NCBI GenBank assembly: GCA_963729625.1
Contig: CAVSOU010000008.1
Coordinates: forward strand, 160,001-224,000
DNA length: 64,000 bases
Direction of reading: 5' to 3'
From: an uncultured bacterium
Lineage (GTDB): Bacteria > Chloroflexota > UBA5177 > JANWHV01
Below, piece by piece: positions 8,678 to 18,388 of the stretch. Position 1 is the first letter of the stretch. Each line of letters starts with the position of its first letter. Below the pieces are notes generated by a model, which was given only the letters and a program-made list of their open reading frames with translations, had not been told where the DNA came from and did not search any database. The position numbers and the translations under genes were made by a program.

Positions 8678-9025
8678 ATGTTCAGAATCCTGTTCGCCGG
8701 CGCCATTGCCGTCATGGTAGGGGCGATGCTCGGCTGGATTGGTATCCTATGGGATACATCGCAGAATGCATACCAGCAGATCTATGGCAGGCCGATGACG
8801 TCCCCGAAAGGGAACACACTCGACCACTTGAATGACTGGCTCGCGTTTCTTCCCAGCGACCCGGTAACGCGCGGGCTCATAGTCGCGGGCTTCGTCGTCG
8901 GTCTGCTTGTGTTGACGTTCATCGTCAACCTTCTGGGCATACGCTACGGTAAGATGCGGCAGGCGCATCTGGCTAAGGCGGACGCAAGGACTCGTACCAT
9001 CAGCTCCTATAACAAGGCGCACTAA
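8678..9025 (+). CDS. Hypothetical membrane protein (2 TM)
   Basis: GGAGG RBS; two hydrophobic segments and a basic C-terminus. Confidence 0.7.
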   Translation: MFRILFAGAIAVMVGAMLGWIGILWDTSQNAYQQIYGRPMTSPKGNTLDHLNDWLAFLPSDPVTRGLIVAGFVVGLLVLTFIVNLLGIRYGKMRQAHLAKADARTRTISSYNKAH

Positions 9026-9119
9026 TTCGTTCTGACGAGGGTGCGCGTGCCGGTTGCTGGGAGCCCTGTCTGTGGACAGACGGGGGGATCCTAGCTGATC
9101 CGTGTGGTAGAGTTGGTGT

Positions 9120-10127
9120 ATGGTTGCCGCCGTGGACCGAGAATCCGCTCCCACCCCATCGTGCGATGAGGCGCTGAGTCTCTATCTCGATCATCTGACG
9201 CTACGCGGCCGGTCGCCCGCCACCATACGCACGTACGCTGGCTCCATCGGGAGTTTCTTCCGCTTCGTTGCTCAGCGGGGCAGAGAGCCGGCCAGCACGG
9301 CGGTGTCCGCTGTGAAGACAGGCGACGTCTCCGCGTTTCTCCTCTACGCCACGCGATCGGGACGGAAGCCCGCGACGCGCTCCGCGTATCTCACCGCGCT
9401 GACCGCGTTCTTCCGTTTTCTCATCCTCAATCATCACTATCCCGGCACTGTGGAGGAGTTGCGGGCGCAGCTCAGCGAGCTGACGGTCAAGCCCGCGAAG
9501 GGTCGGCCGGCGCCCGATCAGCGATTGCCGGCGCTGCTGCGCCACGCCGGGCATGCGGTCGGCGTTGCCACAGGCGAGCGTGCCCGGCTCGTGAGCGCGC
9601 GCAACCTGGCCATCCTTCACACGCTGTTCGCATCCGGCATGCGCGTCTCGGAGGTGTCGAGCCTGTCCCGCCAAGACATGGACTGGGAGCGGAGCCAGGC
9701 GTTGATCACCGGGAAGGGCGGGAGGCAGCGCCTCGTATTCTTCTCTCCGGAGTCCATCGTGGCGATCAATGCCTATCTGGATTTGCGCGGGGACGACGGC
9801 TTCACGCCGCTGTTCCTGCACCATGACAACGCGCATGCCGCGCAACTGGCTCGAGAGCGCGCTGCCAAGGGAGACGGCGAGTCCCTTCGCCTCTCTCCGC
9901 GGCAGATCCAAAGCGTGGTCCGGGCTCTGGCGCGGAGCGAAGGCATTCGTGCCACTCCGCATAGTTTCCGGCACTATGTAGCGACGGAGTTGCTGAACGA
10001 TACAGCCGCGGATATTCGCGATGTCCAGGAGATTCTCGGACATGCCAGCCTGGCCACGACTCAAATCTACACGCACAAGAACGTGACGAGGTTGTCGGCC
10101 ACCGCCGCTCGCCGCTTCGCGCGGTGA
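9120..10127 (+). CDS. Tyrosine recombinase, XerC/XerD-like
   Basis: N-terminal SAM-like SPATIRTY; catalytic R (SGMRVSE), K (GKGGR), HSFRH, LGH, TTQIYTH. Confidence 0.92.
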   Translation: MVAAVDRESAPTPSCDEALSLYLDHLTLRGRSPATIRTYAGSIGSFFRFVAQRGREPASTAVSAVKTGDVSAFLLYATRSGRKPATRSAYLTALTAFFRFLILNHHYPGTVEELRAQLSELTVKPAKGRPAPDQRLPALLRHAGHAVGVATGERARLVSARNLAILHTLFASGMRVSEVSSLSRQDMDWERSQALITGKGGRQRLVFFSPESIVAINAYLDLRGDDGFTPLFLHHDNAHAAQLARERAAKGDGESLRLSPRQIQSVVRALARSEGIRATPHSFRHYVATELLNDTAADIRDVQEILGHASLATTQIYTHKNVTRLSATAARRFAR

Positions 10128-10364
10128 CCGATTACCGACACCGCGATGGCCGCGCAGCGCCTAGCGCGCGACGAGATACACGTGCGTGTCCTGGGTGATC
10201 GTCAAATGCATGGATCTCTGCACGGCATGGTGGGAGCCAAAGATACATATCCATCATTGCAAGTCCCGTTGCAACGCGTCTTAGGCTCGCTATGGGGTGA
10301 ACTCTATGCGCGGGTGTGATATGGTCTGACCCAGGGTAGATCTCGACGACTGAAAGGTATCCGG

Positions 10365-10517
10365 GTGGATATCGCGATCATGGTAGAGGGCCAGACAGGC
10401 CCGAATTGGCCTCGTCGGCAAGCACCTGGAGCGCGCGGTTGAGGGCCTTGGTTTCCACGGCCTCTACCGATCGGCTCATTTCACCAAGCCTGGGCTCCCG
10501 GACCAGGACTTGCTAGC
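10365..10517 (+). pseudogene. 5' fragment of an F420-dependent LLM-class oxidoreductase (TIGR03560-like), frameshifted and truncated
   Basis: VDIAIMVEGQTGPNWPR, then +1 shift to KHLERAVEGLGFHGLYRSAHFTKPGLPDQDLL; resembles the recalled family N-terminus (IMIEGQ.GL.W...GF.GL.RSDHF). Confidence 0.7.
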
Positions 10518-10934
10518 AAGACTCACTACTTGTCAAGGGGTCTTTGTCACGTATACGCCGGGTGGGGAGACTGTTGAACTCGGTGCGGATTGGCACCATA
10601 TGAATTCCCCATTTTGGGGATTCATTCCAAGACACGACCGTGCGTATGATGGTGGAGTGACTGAGTGGCAGTCACGGATGGATGAGTAACTCGCCAGGGG
10701 GGAATGTACTCGTCCCGCAGAGCCTCGTGCCGGGGGGGGGAACGAGGGCTCTGAGGTGTTCGCCGGAACTGGGATTGCCTATCCTTCGGCCTTGTGTTTG
10801 AATCGTGGCGACACACCGAAGATGAATGGCAACGACAGCCGGTGCGTGCCCAGGACGGTGTCAAGTCATTCCTCCCGCATGCGGGCGACGCCGGCGTCAG
10901 CGGGCGCCAGGTTACCCTGAAGGAGAATGGGCCG

Positions 10935-11390
10935 GTGTCGATGAACGAGTACCAGGACTTCGATCGGGATAGCTATGATCCGTCGTCGGCGAATCGTGCC
11001 GCCGCCAGCGTGATCCGCCAACTCGCTGCGCAGTTAGAGAGTGCCGGCTACAAGGCGGGTGCGGTACGCACGCGGCGCGTGGATCCGGCCGAGCGTGCGC
11101 GCTCGATCGATTTCGCCCTCGTGAATCTCGCAAGCTCAATGTCCGAGATGGAAGTGGCGGGCCTTGTCAATGCGCTGCGGTATGCAGCCAATGCCACGCA
11201 GGATGAGCACCAGTGCGAGTTTTGCGGCTGCGCCACTGAGCCCTGGTCGATGCTACTATGCGACACCCGGGATGACGATGACACGGGAGCCCTGGTCTTG
11301 CATTCGTGGGACCAGTACGGCTATACGCTCTGCAAGACCTGCCACTTGGCAGTCCGCCAGGCCCGCTGGCAGGCTGCTTCCCAGATGTAG
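10935..11390 (+). CDS. Hypothetical protein with a C-terminal CxxC...CxxC zinc finger
   Basis: AAGGAG RBS then GTG; CEFC and CKTC pairs. Confidence 0.7.
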   Translation: MSMNEYQDFDRDSYDPSSANRAAASVIRQLAAQLESAGYKAGAVRTRRVDPAERARSIDFALVNLASSMSEMEVAGLVNALRYAANATQDEHQCEFCGCATEPWSMLLCDTRDDDDTGALVLHSWDQYGYTLCKTCHLAVRQARWQAASQM

Positions 11391-11492
11391 ATCCCGAGCG
11401 TTTTCTCCCCAACGCCGCGCAGCAATGCCCTCCGCGGAACCACTTCGACCTGCATGCTGTTCGTAGCGAAGCACAAAACCTCCCGAATATGC

Positions 11493-11520
11493 CGCGAGGG
11501 GAGCACATGCTCCCCTCGCG
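11493..11520. terminator. Perfect 13-bp hairpin between convergent genes (probable bidirectional terminator)
   Basis: CGCGAGGGGAGCA-CA-TGCTCCCCTCGCG. Confidence 0.6.
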
Positions 11521-11593
11521 CTGTCTGCACACGGATGTGTCCTGCACGGCCAATCCATAAACAAGCCGGAACGGCCGTTATGGGAAGAGCCGG

Positions 11594-12748
11594 CTAGTAC
11601 AGGAACATCGGCTTGCCAAGGATGTGAGAAACCTTAGCTCGATACGTCTCGGAATCGTACAGCTGGTCGACATCCACACGGCGGACGCCCGTGCCGATCA
11701 CGTCCATCGGGACCGTGGTGTAGACGCCCTCGCGTAAAGCAACCATCTGGCCGGTCTGGCCTCGTAGCGCCAGGTCGGCGGCAATGTTGCCGTAGGTGAA
11801 CGAGACCATGCGATCGAGAGCGTCCGGCGGACCAGATCGCATCAGATAGCCAAGCGACTGCTGCACGATCTCCTCACCTGTCAGCTTCTTGAGCATCTCG
11901 CCCGTAGCCAGGCCGATGCCGCCGAGCTTGCGATGTCCGAATGCATCCTCAGGTCCAGTCTCGTAGATGTCGCCGCCGATCATGGTCGCGCCCTCGGACA
12001 CGGCGATGATGGCATAGTTGCTGGGATTGCGCCGCTTGTCTTCCATCACGAGCGCGGCAAGGCGCTCCGGATCGAACGGCACCTCCGGGATCAGCGTGCG
12101 ATCGACGTCGCCGAGGTAACCGGCAATGAGCGCGGTTTCTCCGGAATTGCGGCCAAAGAGCTCGACCACGGCAATGCGCTCGTGCGAGCCGGTCGGGGTG
12201 CGAAGGTCGTTGATGAAGGCGATGCTGCGGCTGACGGCGGTTGAGAAACCGATGCAGTAGTCGGTGCCGAAGACGTCGTTGTCCATGGTCTTCGGGATAC
12301 CGATAGTGGGGAACTTTTCCTGATGCAAGCGAAGCGCATAGCTCAGCGTGTCGTCGCCGCCGATCGCCAGGAGGGCGCCGATCTCCAGGTGCTCGAGCAC
12401 GCGGAGCACGTGGTCAGTGCAGTCGGCAATGCCGTTGGGCGAAAATGCATACTTTCCCTTGAGGAACTCGGGAAGCTTGTTTTCCTTGACCTTGCCCGGA
12501 TGGGTCCGGGAGCTGTGGAGGAACGTGCCGCCGGACCGATCGATGACGCGCACGTCATTGCGCGTGATCGGGCGGATCCATTCCGGCTGGGGCTCCTTCT
12601 TGTCAGGGTTATAGTTCAGCAGACCGGCCCAACCGCGCCGAACGCCGAACATTTCAATCCCGGCGTCGGAGATGCGATTCACCGCCGCCTTAATTGCAGG
12701 ATTCAAACCAGGAACGTCGCCGCCCCCGGTCAGGATTGCCATCTTCAT
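11594..12748 (-). CDS. pfkA: 6-phosphofructokinase family, probably PPi-dependent
   Basis: [45 protein letters not shown]; AAGGAG RBS. Confidence 0.92.
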   Translation of the reverse strand: MKMAILTGGGDVPGLNPAIKAAVNRISDAGIEMFGVRRGWAGLLNYNPDKKEPQPEWIRPITRNDVRVIDRSGGTFLHSSRTHPGKVKENKLPEFLKGKYAFSPNGIADCTDHVLRVLEHLEIGALLAIGGDDTLSYALRLHQEKFPTIGIPKTMDNDVFGTDYCIGFSTAVSRSIAFINDLRTPTGSHERIAVVELFGRNSGETALIAGYLGDVDRTLIPEVPFDPERLAALVMEDKRRNPSNYAIIAVSEGATMIGGDIYETGPEDAFGHRKLGGIGLATGEMLKKLTGEEIVQQSLGYLMRSGPPDALDRMVSFTYGNIAADLALRGQTGQMVALREGVYTTVPMDVIGTGVRRVDVDQLYDSETYRAKVSHILGKPMFLY

Positions 12749-12823
12749 GTTTAGCAAGCTCCTTTACAGACAAACGGGTGCCACCGGATACTATACGGCA
12801 TTTCCACGTTGCCCGTGCTAGGC

Positions 12824-12887
12824 CCGAGCCACCGAGCCACCGAGCCACCGAGCCACCGAGCCACCGAGCCACCGAGCCACCGAGCCA
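12824..12887. repeat. Tandem repeat (CCGAGCCA)x8
   Basis: Eight perfect 8-bp units between the divergent pfk and glyQS promoters. Confidence 0.97.
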
Positions 12888-12914
12888 CCACACAAATGAT
12901 GGTACTTATCCGAT

Positions 12915-12942
12915 TTGGCGGCAAGTGCTGCCTTGGTATACT
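12915..12942 (+). promoter_or_regulatory. Promoter of the T-box/glyQS leader
   Basis: TTGGCG-16 nt-TATACT with extended -10 TG. Confidence 0.6.
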
Positions 12943-12956
12943 GACATCACAATTGA

Positions 12957-13196
12957 GACGTGGCGTCGACGAAGAAGAGTAGCCTCGACTGACACACCGC
13001 AGCGAGCCGGAGATAGTGCGAGCCCGGCGTGAAATCACGTGGCAAAGGCGCTTCCGAGCCGTATTCCATAGAAGAGTCTTGTGCTCGTGCAAGCTAAGGC
13101 AGAGAGCTTAGCTTTCGCGGCGCGAGGAATCGGGGTGGAACCGCGAAGCTCTATTCGTCCCCGGGCCAGTGAGCAGGCCCGGGGCTTTTGTTTTGT
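12957..13196 (+). promoter_or_regulatory. T-box riboswitch (Gly, GGC specifier)
   Basis: Stem I start GACGAAGAAGAGTAG; specifier GGC at 13047-13049; T-box AATCGGGGTGGAACCGCG at 13128-13145 (UGGA pairs with tRNA-Gly UCCA); terminator CCCCGGGCC..GGCCCGGGG-CTTTTGTTTT. Confidence 0.93.
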
Positions 13197-13216
13197 AGCG
13201 CGATCGAAGGCTGGAA

Positions 13217-14581
13217 ATGATAGCTGATACCCACGAGAGCACGAAAGTAGAGCTTCCCGAAGGAACAGAACTGCTCGAGCGGCTCATGTCGCTCTGCAAG
13301 AGGCGAGGATTCGTCTACCAGAACAGCGAGATATACGGCGGCGTAGCCGGCCTCTACGACTTTGGACCGCTTGGGGTGGAGATGCGCCGAAACCTCAAGA
13401 ACCTGTGGTGGACGTTCATGGTGCAGACCCGCGAGAACACGGTCGGCATCGACGGCGCCATTCTGACGCATCCCAGAGTATGGGAGGCTAGCGGCCACGT
13501 CGAGAACTTCAGCGACCCCCTTGTCGACTGCAAGGGCTGCCGGCGCCGCTACCGCTCCGATCACTTGATGGAGGCGAACGGCGGTGTGCTTCCGGAGAAG
13601 TGCCCGGAGTGCGGCGGCGAGCTGACGGAGCCGCGGCGCTTCAACTTGCTGATGGAGACCGAGCTGGGCGTCGTCGAGGGCGAGCGCATGAAGACGTACT
13701 TGCGTGGCGAGGCCTGCCAGAACATCTATCTCGATTGGGACAATGTCATGAAGTCCTCGCGCGTGCGCATCCCCTTTGGTATTTGCCAGATCGGGAAGGC
13801 ATTCCGCAATGAGGTGACGCTCGGCCCCTTCATCATGCGCCAGCGCGAATTCGAGCAGTGGGATCTGCAGTTCTTCGTGCATCCAAGCGAGATGGAGAAA
13901 TGGTTCGCCTACTGGCAGGAGGAGCGCAGCGGGTGGTGCCGTGGACTCGTCAACAGGAGCGATCGCGTGCGCCTGCGCGAGCACTCGCCGGATGAGCTGG
14001 CTCACTACGCCAAGCGGGCCACCGATATCGAGTACTTTGTGCCCGGCGTGGGCTGGAAGGAATGGGAGGGAGTCCATTGGCGCGGTGACTGGGATCTCAG
14101 CCGGCATGCTCAGTTCAGCGGTCAGGATCTGAGCTACACAGACCCGGTTACCAACGAGCGGTATGTTCCCTGGATCGTAGAGACTTCCGGAGGCGTTGAC
14201 CGTACATTCTTCTATTTGCTGGTGGACGCCTATGACGAGGAGATTGTCAACGGCGAGAAGCGAACAGTCTTGCACCTGCATAAGAAGGTCGCACCCTACA
14301 AGGTGGCAGTGCTACCACTCTCGAAGAAACCTGAACTGACCCAGCCCGCGCGCGAGATTTGGCGTGGCCTGGCAGAGCTGTTTCCGACCGACTACGATGA
14401 GACGCAGGCGATCGGCCGGCGCTACCGCCGACAGGACGAGATCGGCACGCCGTACTGCGTGACCTTCGACTTCCAGTCCGTCGACGACCGAGCAGTCACC
14501 ATTCGCGATCGCGACACCATGACGCAGCGCCGGGTCCCAATCAGCGACCTCAAGGGAACGCTGCTGCAAGATCTCGCCTGA
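13217..14581 (+). CDS. glyQS: Glycine--tRNA ligase (alpha2, glyQS type)
   Basis: CKRRGF...SEIYGG...YDFGPLG, QIGKAFRNE, REFEQ, LAHYAK, IGRRYRRQDEIGTP; Gly T-box upstream. Confidence 0.97.
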   Translation: MIADTHESTKVELPEGTELLERLMSLCKRRGFVYQNSEIYGGVAGLYDFGPLGVEMRRNLKNLWWTFMVQTRENTVGIDGAILTHPRVWEASGHVENFSDPLVDCKGCRRRYRSDHLMEANGGVLPEKCPECGGELTEPRRFNLLMETELGVVEGERMKTYLRGEACQNIYLDWDNVMKSSRVRIPFGICQIGKAFRNEVTLGPFIMRQREFEQWDLQFFVHPSEMEKWFAYWQEERSGWCRGLVNRSDRVRLREHSPDELAHYAKRATDIEYFVPGVGWKEWEGVHWRGDWDLSRHAQFSGQDLSYTDPVTNERYVPWIVETSGGVDRTFFYLLVDAYDEEIVNGEKRTVLHLHKKVAPYKVAVLPLSKKPELTQPAREIWRGLAELFPTDYDETQAIGRRYRRQDEIGTPYCVTFDFQSVDDRAVTIRDRDTMTQRRVPISDLKGTLLQDLA

Positions 14582-14681
14582 TCAGAGCCTACACGACGCG
14601 CCGGCAGGAAGGCAGGTCAAGCTGCACAGTGTCCAACGCAGCCGGTCGCGAGGTGCCCATACCCTCCTAAGGAGCTATATA

Positions 14682-15284
14682 GTGGATGAGCCCGTAACTC
14701 TCTCGACATTTCCATCGCCTCTGTACTGGCACGTCAGGCCTGCCCGCTGGAACGCTGCGCCGTCGTCGCTGACGATCACGGCACAGGCCAGGACCGACCT
14801 TTTCACCGATCCGCAGGGCTCGACGCCCATGGTCAACGCTCCGCGCCTGCACGGTCCGGTGGCCGGCGATTTCCAGCTCAGCGCGCTGGTCGAGGTCGAC
14901 TTTGGCGCGATGTTCGACGCCGGAGTAATTCTGGTGTGGGACGACGACGCCCATTGGGCCAAGCTGTGCTTCGAGTACTCGCCGCGCCGGCAACCGATGG
15001 TCGTCTCGGTGGTCACGCGTGGCGTGTCCGACGACGCGAACGGGTTCGTGGTCGACGGCACGCGAGTTTGGCTGCGCGCCAGCCGCAGAGGGCAGGCATG
15101 GGCGTTCCATGCCTCTCTAGATGGCCGGCGCTGGGAGCTTATCCGCCATTTCTCGCTCGGCGGCGGCGCCGCGACGAATGTTGGTTTCCTTGCCCAATCG
15201 CCGACCGGACCGGGCTGCACAGTGACGTTCGGCGAGATCCATTTTGTCCCCGAGCGTCTGCGAGAGCTGCGGAACGGAGAGTAG
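14682..15284 (+). CDS. DUF1349 domain protein
   Basis: ARTDLF.DP, FDAG, WAKLCFEYSP, VVSVVTRGVSDDAN, AQSPTG.GC. Confidence 0.85.
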   Translation: MDEPVTLSTFPSPLYWHVRPARWNAAPSSLTITAQARTDLFTDPQGSTPMVNAPRLHGPVAGDFQLSALVEVDFGAMFDAGVILVWDDDAHWAKLCFEYSPRRQPMVVSVVTRGVSDDANGFVVDGTRVWLRASRRGQAWAFHASLDGRRWELIRHFSLGGGAATNVGFLAQSPTGPGCTVTFGEIHFVPERLRELRNGE

Positions 15285-15311
15285 GACCGGTCTCCAAATG
15301 GGAAGGTCGAA

Positions 15312-16202
15312 ATGACCAGGATGCGCCCTGTCGATCGATATGTGACGTCGCCGACAACGGGCATTCAGGTGCACGTGCGTGAGTGGGATGGGCCGGCCGA
15401 CCCTGATGGAAGCGCCAGGCCGGTCATCCTGGTTCACGGGCTTGCATCAAGTTCTCACATTTTCGACCTGTGTGCTCCGATCCTCGCGCGGACACGCCGT
15501 GTCGCGAGCTACGATCTGCGCGGACATGGCGAGACCGCAAAGCCAGACGACGGCTACGACATCGCCACCATGGTCGACGACGGCGCCGGCATAGCACAGG
15601 CGATCCAGATCGACGAGCCGTATGTCGTTGCCGGCCACTCCTGGGGCGCCACTGTCGCGCTGCACTGGACTGTGCAGCATCCGGATCACGTGCATGCGAC
15701 GGTGCTGGTTGATGGGGCGTTCTTCGCGTTTCGCGATGCACCGGACGCATCGTGGGAGCGGGTCGCTCAGCGCCTGGCGCCACCGGTCATGCGCGGCATG
15801 ACGCTCGACGGCCTCGTCGAGCACAGCCGCGGAGCACTGGGCTTCCTGGACGACGATTTCCGCCGCCGATACTTTCAGGCATTGATGGACGTCGCGCCCG
15901 ACGGCACGATTCGCGCGCGGCTGTCGCGTGAGCACCATATGCGGATCTTGCGCGCCATGTGGGACGACGACGTCGATGCCGCGTTCGGCGCGCTACGCCG
16001 CCCGGCGCTGGCGCTGCTGGCTCAGCGCGCCGAGACCGATGCCGCCGCGCAGCAGATGGAGACGCTTCGGCGCCGCATGGTGGAGCGGATTGGCGCGGCG
16101 CAGCCGCTACTGAGTGTTCGCTGGCTGGCAAACACAATTCACGATATTCCGCTGCAGCGACCGAAGCTCCTCGCCGAAGCGATCGCGGCGTTTGCCGGAT
16201 AG
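15312..16202 (+). CDS. Alpha/beta hydrolase
   Basis: VHGLAS, DLRGHG, GHSWG nucleophile elbow, C-terminal H. Confidence 0.9.
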   Translation: MTRMRPVDRYVTSPTTGIQVHVREWDGPADPDGSARPVILVHGLASSSHIFDLCAPILARTRRVASYDLRGHGETAKPDDGYDIATMVDDGAGIAQAIQIDEPYVVAGHSWGATVALHWTVQHPDHVHATVLVDGAFFAFRDAPDASWERVAQRLAPPVMRGMTLDGLVEHSRGALGFLDDDFRRRYFQALMDVAPDGTIRARLSREHHMRILRAMWDDDVDAAFGALRRPALALLAQRAETDAAAQQMETLRRRMVERIGAAQPLLSVRWLANTIHDIPLQRPKLLAEAIAAFAG

Positions 16203-16476
16203 CACGGCTCCCGCTGAAGCCTCACCATCGCCCATGCGTGTGAGCAGGGGAGCAACAGGGCAGGCCGCGGGCGCGCGAGGCGGCGGTTTCACAAGCCGCG
16301 GCCAGAGCTTCGAAGACATGCGCGCCTGATAGAAGTGTTCGAAAGAATCCAGGCACACCCTCGAGGGCGGGGCACTGTGAGGCAGTCTCACGATGAAGTA
16401 TACTTCGGGAAACTGGCAGTACCTGGGTTGATTCGTAAGGGCGGCTATCCAGAGCGCAGGAGGTCTTGGAGGAGTC

Positions 16477-17226
16477 ATGGCTACTCGAATGGCGCGCTAT
16501 GATGTGCGCAACGACGGTGCTGGTCCATATGCAATGTTCTACTGCGATACCTGCTCACGCGAATACCGCAGCCAGCCGGACGTACGGGCCACAATCGGCA
16601 AGGAAGTCGGGCGCGATGTGCTTGGCGGGTTCCTGCGGCGCAACATACCGATTCTCGGCAGCGCCGTGGCTCGAGGCGTCGACGACCAGGATCCGCGGTA
16701 CATCCGCACGCTGAATCCACAAGAGCTGGAGAGCGCCTGGAACCAGGTCAAAGACGTGTTTCATGAGTGCCCCACGTGCCATCAGTTGGTGTGCAACTCG
16801 GACTGGGATGCACAGGCCGGGACGTGCGCGCAGGACAGTCCTCGCAGGGCGGAAATCGCGCAGGCGCAGACCGAGCAGGCCGCGGGCATGGTCAAGGGTC
16901 TGGCAAGCGCGTTCGGGATCGGCGATGCGATGAGGAACGCGGCCGAGGCAGCAAAACAGGCGTCGGCGGCCGCGGCGCGATGCCCGAACGACGGCACGCT
17001 GGCGAAGCCGGGCACGAAGTTCTGCCCGCAGTGCGGGACCGCCATGGTCCAGCCGGCGACTGAGACCTGCCCCAAGTGCGGTTCGCAGACTGGTGGCGCA
17101 AAGTTCTGCCCTGAATGCGGCACGAAGGTCGAGCAGGCCCAGCCGGCGTCCACCATGTGCTCGAATTGCGGCACCGACGCCAAGGGCGCGAAATTCTGCC
17201 CCGAGTGCGGCACGAAGATGAGCTAG
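16477..17226 (+). CDS. Double zinc ribbon (DZR) domain protein
   Basis: GGAGG RBS; three C-terminal C..KFCP(Q/E)CGT repeats plus N-terminal CDTC/CPTC. Confidence 0.85.
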   Translation: MATRMARYDVRNDGAGPYAMFYCDTCSREYRSQPDVRATIGKEVGRDVLGGFLRRNIPILGSAVARGVDDQDPRYIRTLNPQELESAWNQVKDVFHECPTCHQLVCNSDWDAQAGTCAQDSPRRAEIAQAQTEQAAGMVKGLASAFGIGDAMRNAAEAAKQASAAAARCPNDGTLAKPGTKFCPQCGTAMVQPATETCPKCGSQTGGAKFCPECGTKVEQAQPASTMCSNCGTDAKGAKFCPECGTKMS

Positions 17227-17298
17227 CGCTGTCGCCACGGGCCCCATGTGCCGTGGTCCAGAACCACTGAACGAGTGCCGTCCGATGTCCCTCGGCTG

Positions 17299-18108
17299 CT
17301 ATGGCGGCGTGAGCGGTTGTGCCAGGATGCCGAGCGCTCGCGCGTGGAAGGCGAGTGCATCCTGGACATGCCGATCCCAATACGTCCACTCGTGGCTGCC
17401 GGAAAACTCCGCGTACTCGTGCGGGACCTTCAGCTTCTCGAGATGGCGATGGAGCGCCCGGTTCTCCTCCAGAAGAGTATCCTCGGTGCCGCAGTCGAAG
17501 CGCAGCGCGGGCAGCAGATCGCGGTTCACGGACTCTGCCAGGGCATACAGGTCGTTTGGGCCGCCGGCTGGATTCTCGCCGAACAGCCGGCGCATCTCTC
17601 CGGCGAAGTCCTCGCTAAAAAGAAAATTGAACTCGTCTGGAGGCTGCGCCGCTGTATCGACGCGCCTAGCGCCGGCCCCCAGCGCGCCGGAATGGCTCAC
17701 CGCGCTGCAAAAGAGATCGGGATGGCTCAGGGCCAGGCGAAAGGCGCCGTAGCCGCCCATGGAGAGTCCGCCGATCACGCGCGCTTCGCGCCTCGCGTCG
17801 GTATGGAACGTCCGATCGACGAGCCCGACCAGGTCACGGGTGATGGCCGCATCATAGGCATAGCCTTCGCACGCATCGGTGTAAAAGCCGCGTCCTCCGT
17901 CCGGCATCACCACGATCAAGGGATAGTCTTGGACATGCTGTTCGATGCGGGTTCTCCGCGTCCAGACGGTGTAGTCGTCGGACAGACCATGCAGCAGGTA
18001 GAAGACCGGGAACGGTCCCTTGAACTCTTCCCGCTCGGGCAGGACGACCATCGCTCCTGTCATCTTGCGCAGGGCGGTGCTGAAGTAGCGGAGTTCGGCG
18101 AGTGCCAC
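17299..18108 (-). CDS. Esterase family (S-formylglutathione hydrolase/tributyrin esterase-like)
   Basis: YLLHGLSDD, VVMPDG, GLSMGGYGA, DCGTED, GSHEWTYW. Confidence 0.9.
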   Translation of the reverse strand: MALAELRYFSTALRKMTGAMVVLPEREEFKGPFPVFYLLHGLSDDYTVWTRRTRIEQHVQDYPLIVVMPDGGRGFYTDACEGYAYDAAITRDLVGLVDRTFHTDARREARVIGGLSMGGYGAFRLALSHPDLFCSAVSHSGALGAGARRVDTAAQPPDEFNFLFSEDFAGEMRRLFGENPAGGPNDLYALAESVNRDLLPALRFDCGTEDTLLEENRALHRHLEKLKVPHEYAEFSGSHEWTYWDRHVQDALAFHARALGILAQPLTPP

Positions 18109-18388
18109 TGTCCCTCTCACTTTCTTTGGCGCCGGATCGATAGCCCAGCTGGCGGACCGAGCGCAGGTGCGATGCCTCGAGCTTGGCGCAACTCCCATTC
18201 ATTATGGTTGCCCGAGATGCCGGTAAACAAGGTGCATGCTTTCGCCAATCCAGGATTCTGTGGTACCCGTAGAGAGAGTGGCGGGGCATGTGCTCCGCGT
18301 GGGGTGGCAGCGCCAGGGTGGCCCTGCAGAATGGCCGGGAAAGCGCCGCACACGCCACCGAGATCGCGGATTGAAGGGAACTGGTCGT

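Noticed and set aside
9120-11390. Prophage or integrative element around the tyrosine recombinase
   Set aside because: No phage or conjugation genes, tRNA target or att repeats seen; the protein resembles chromosomal Xer
12824-12887. CRISPR array or the ARWLGGSV/HRATEPPS repeat ORFs
   Set aside because: Contiguous 8-bp units with no spacers and no cas genes; the ORFs are translations of the VNTR
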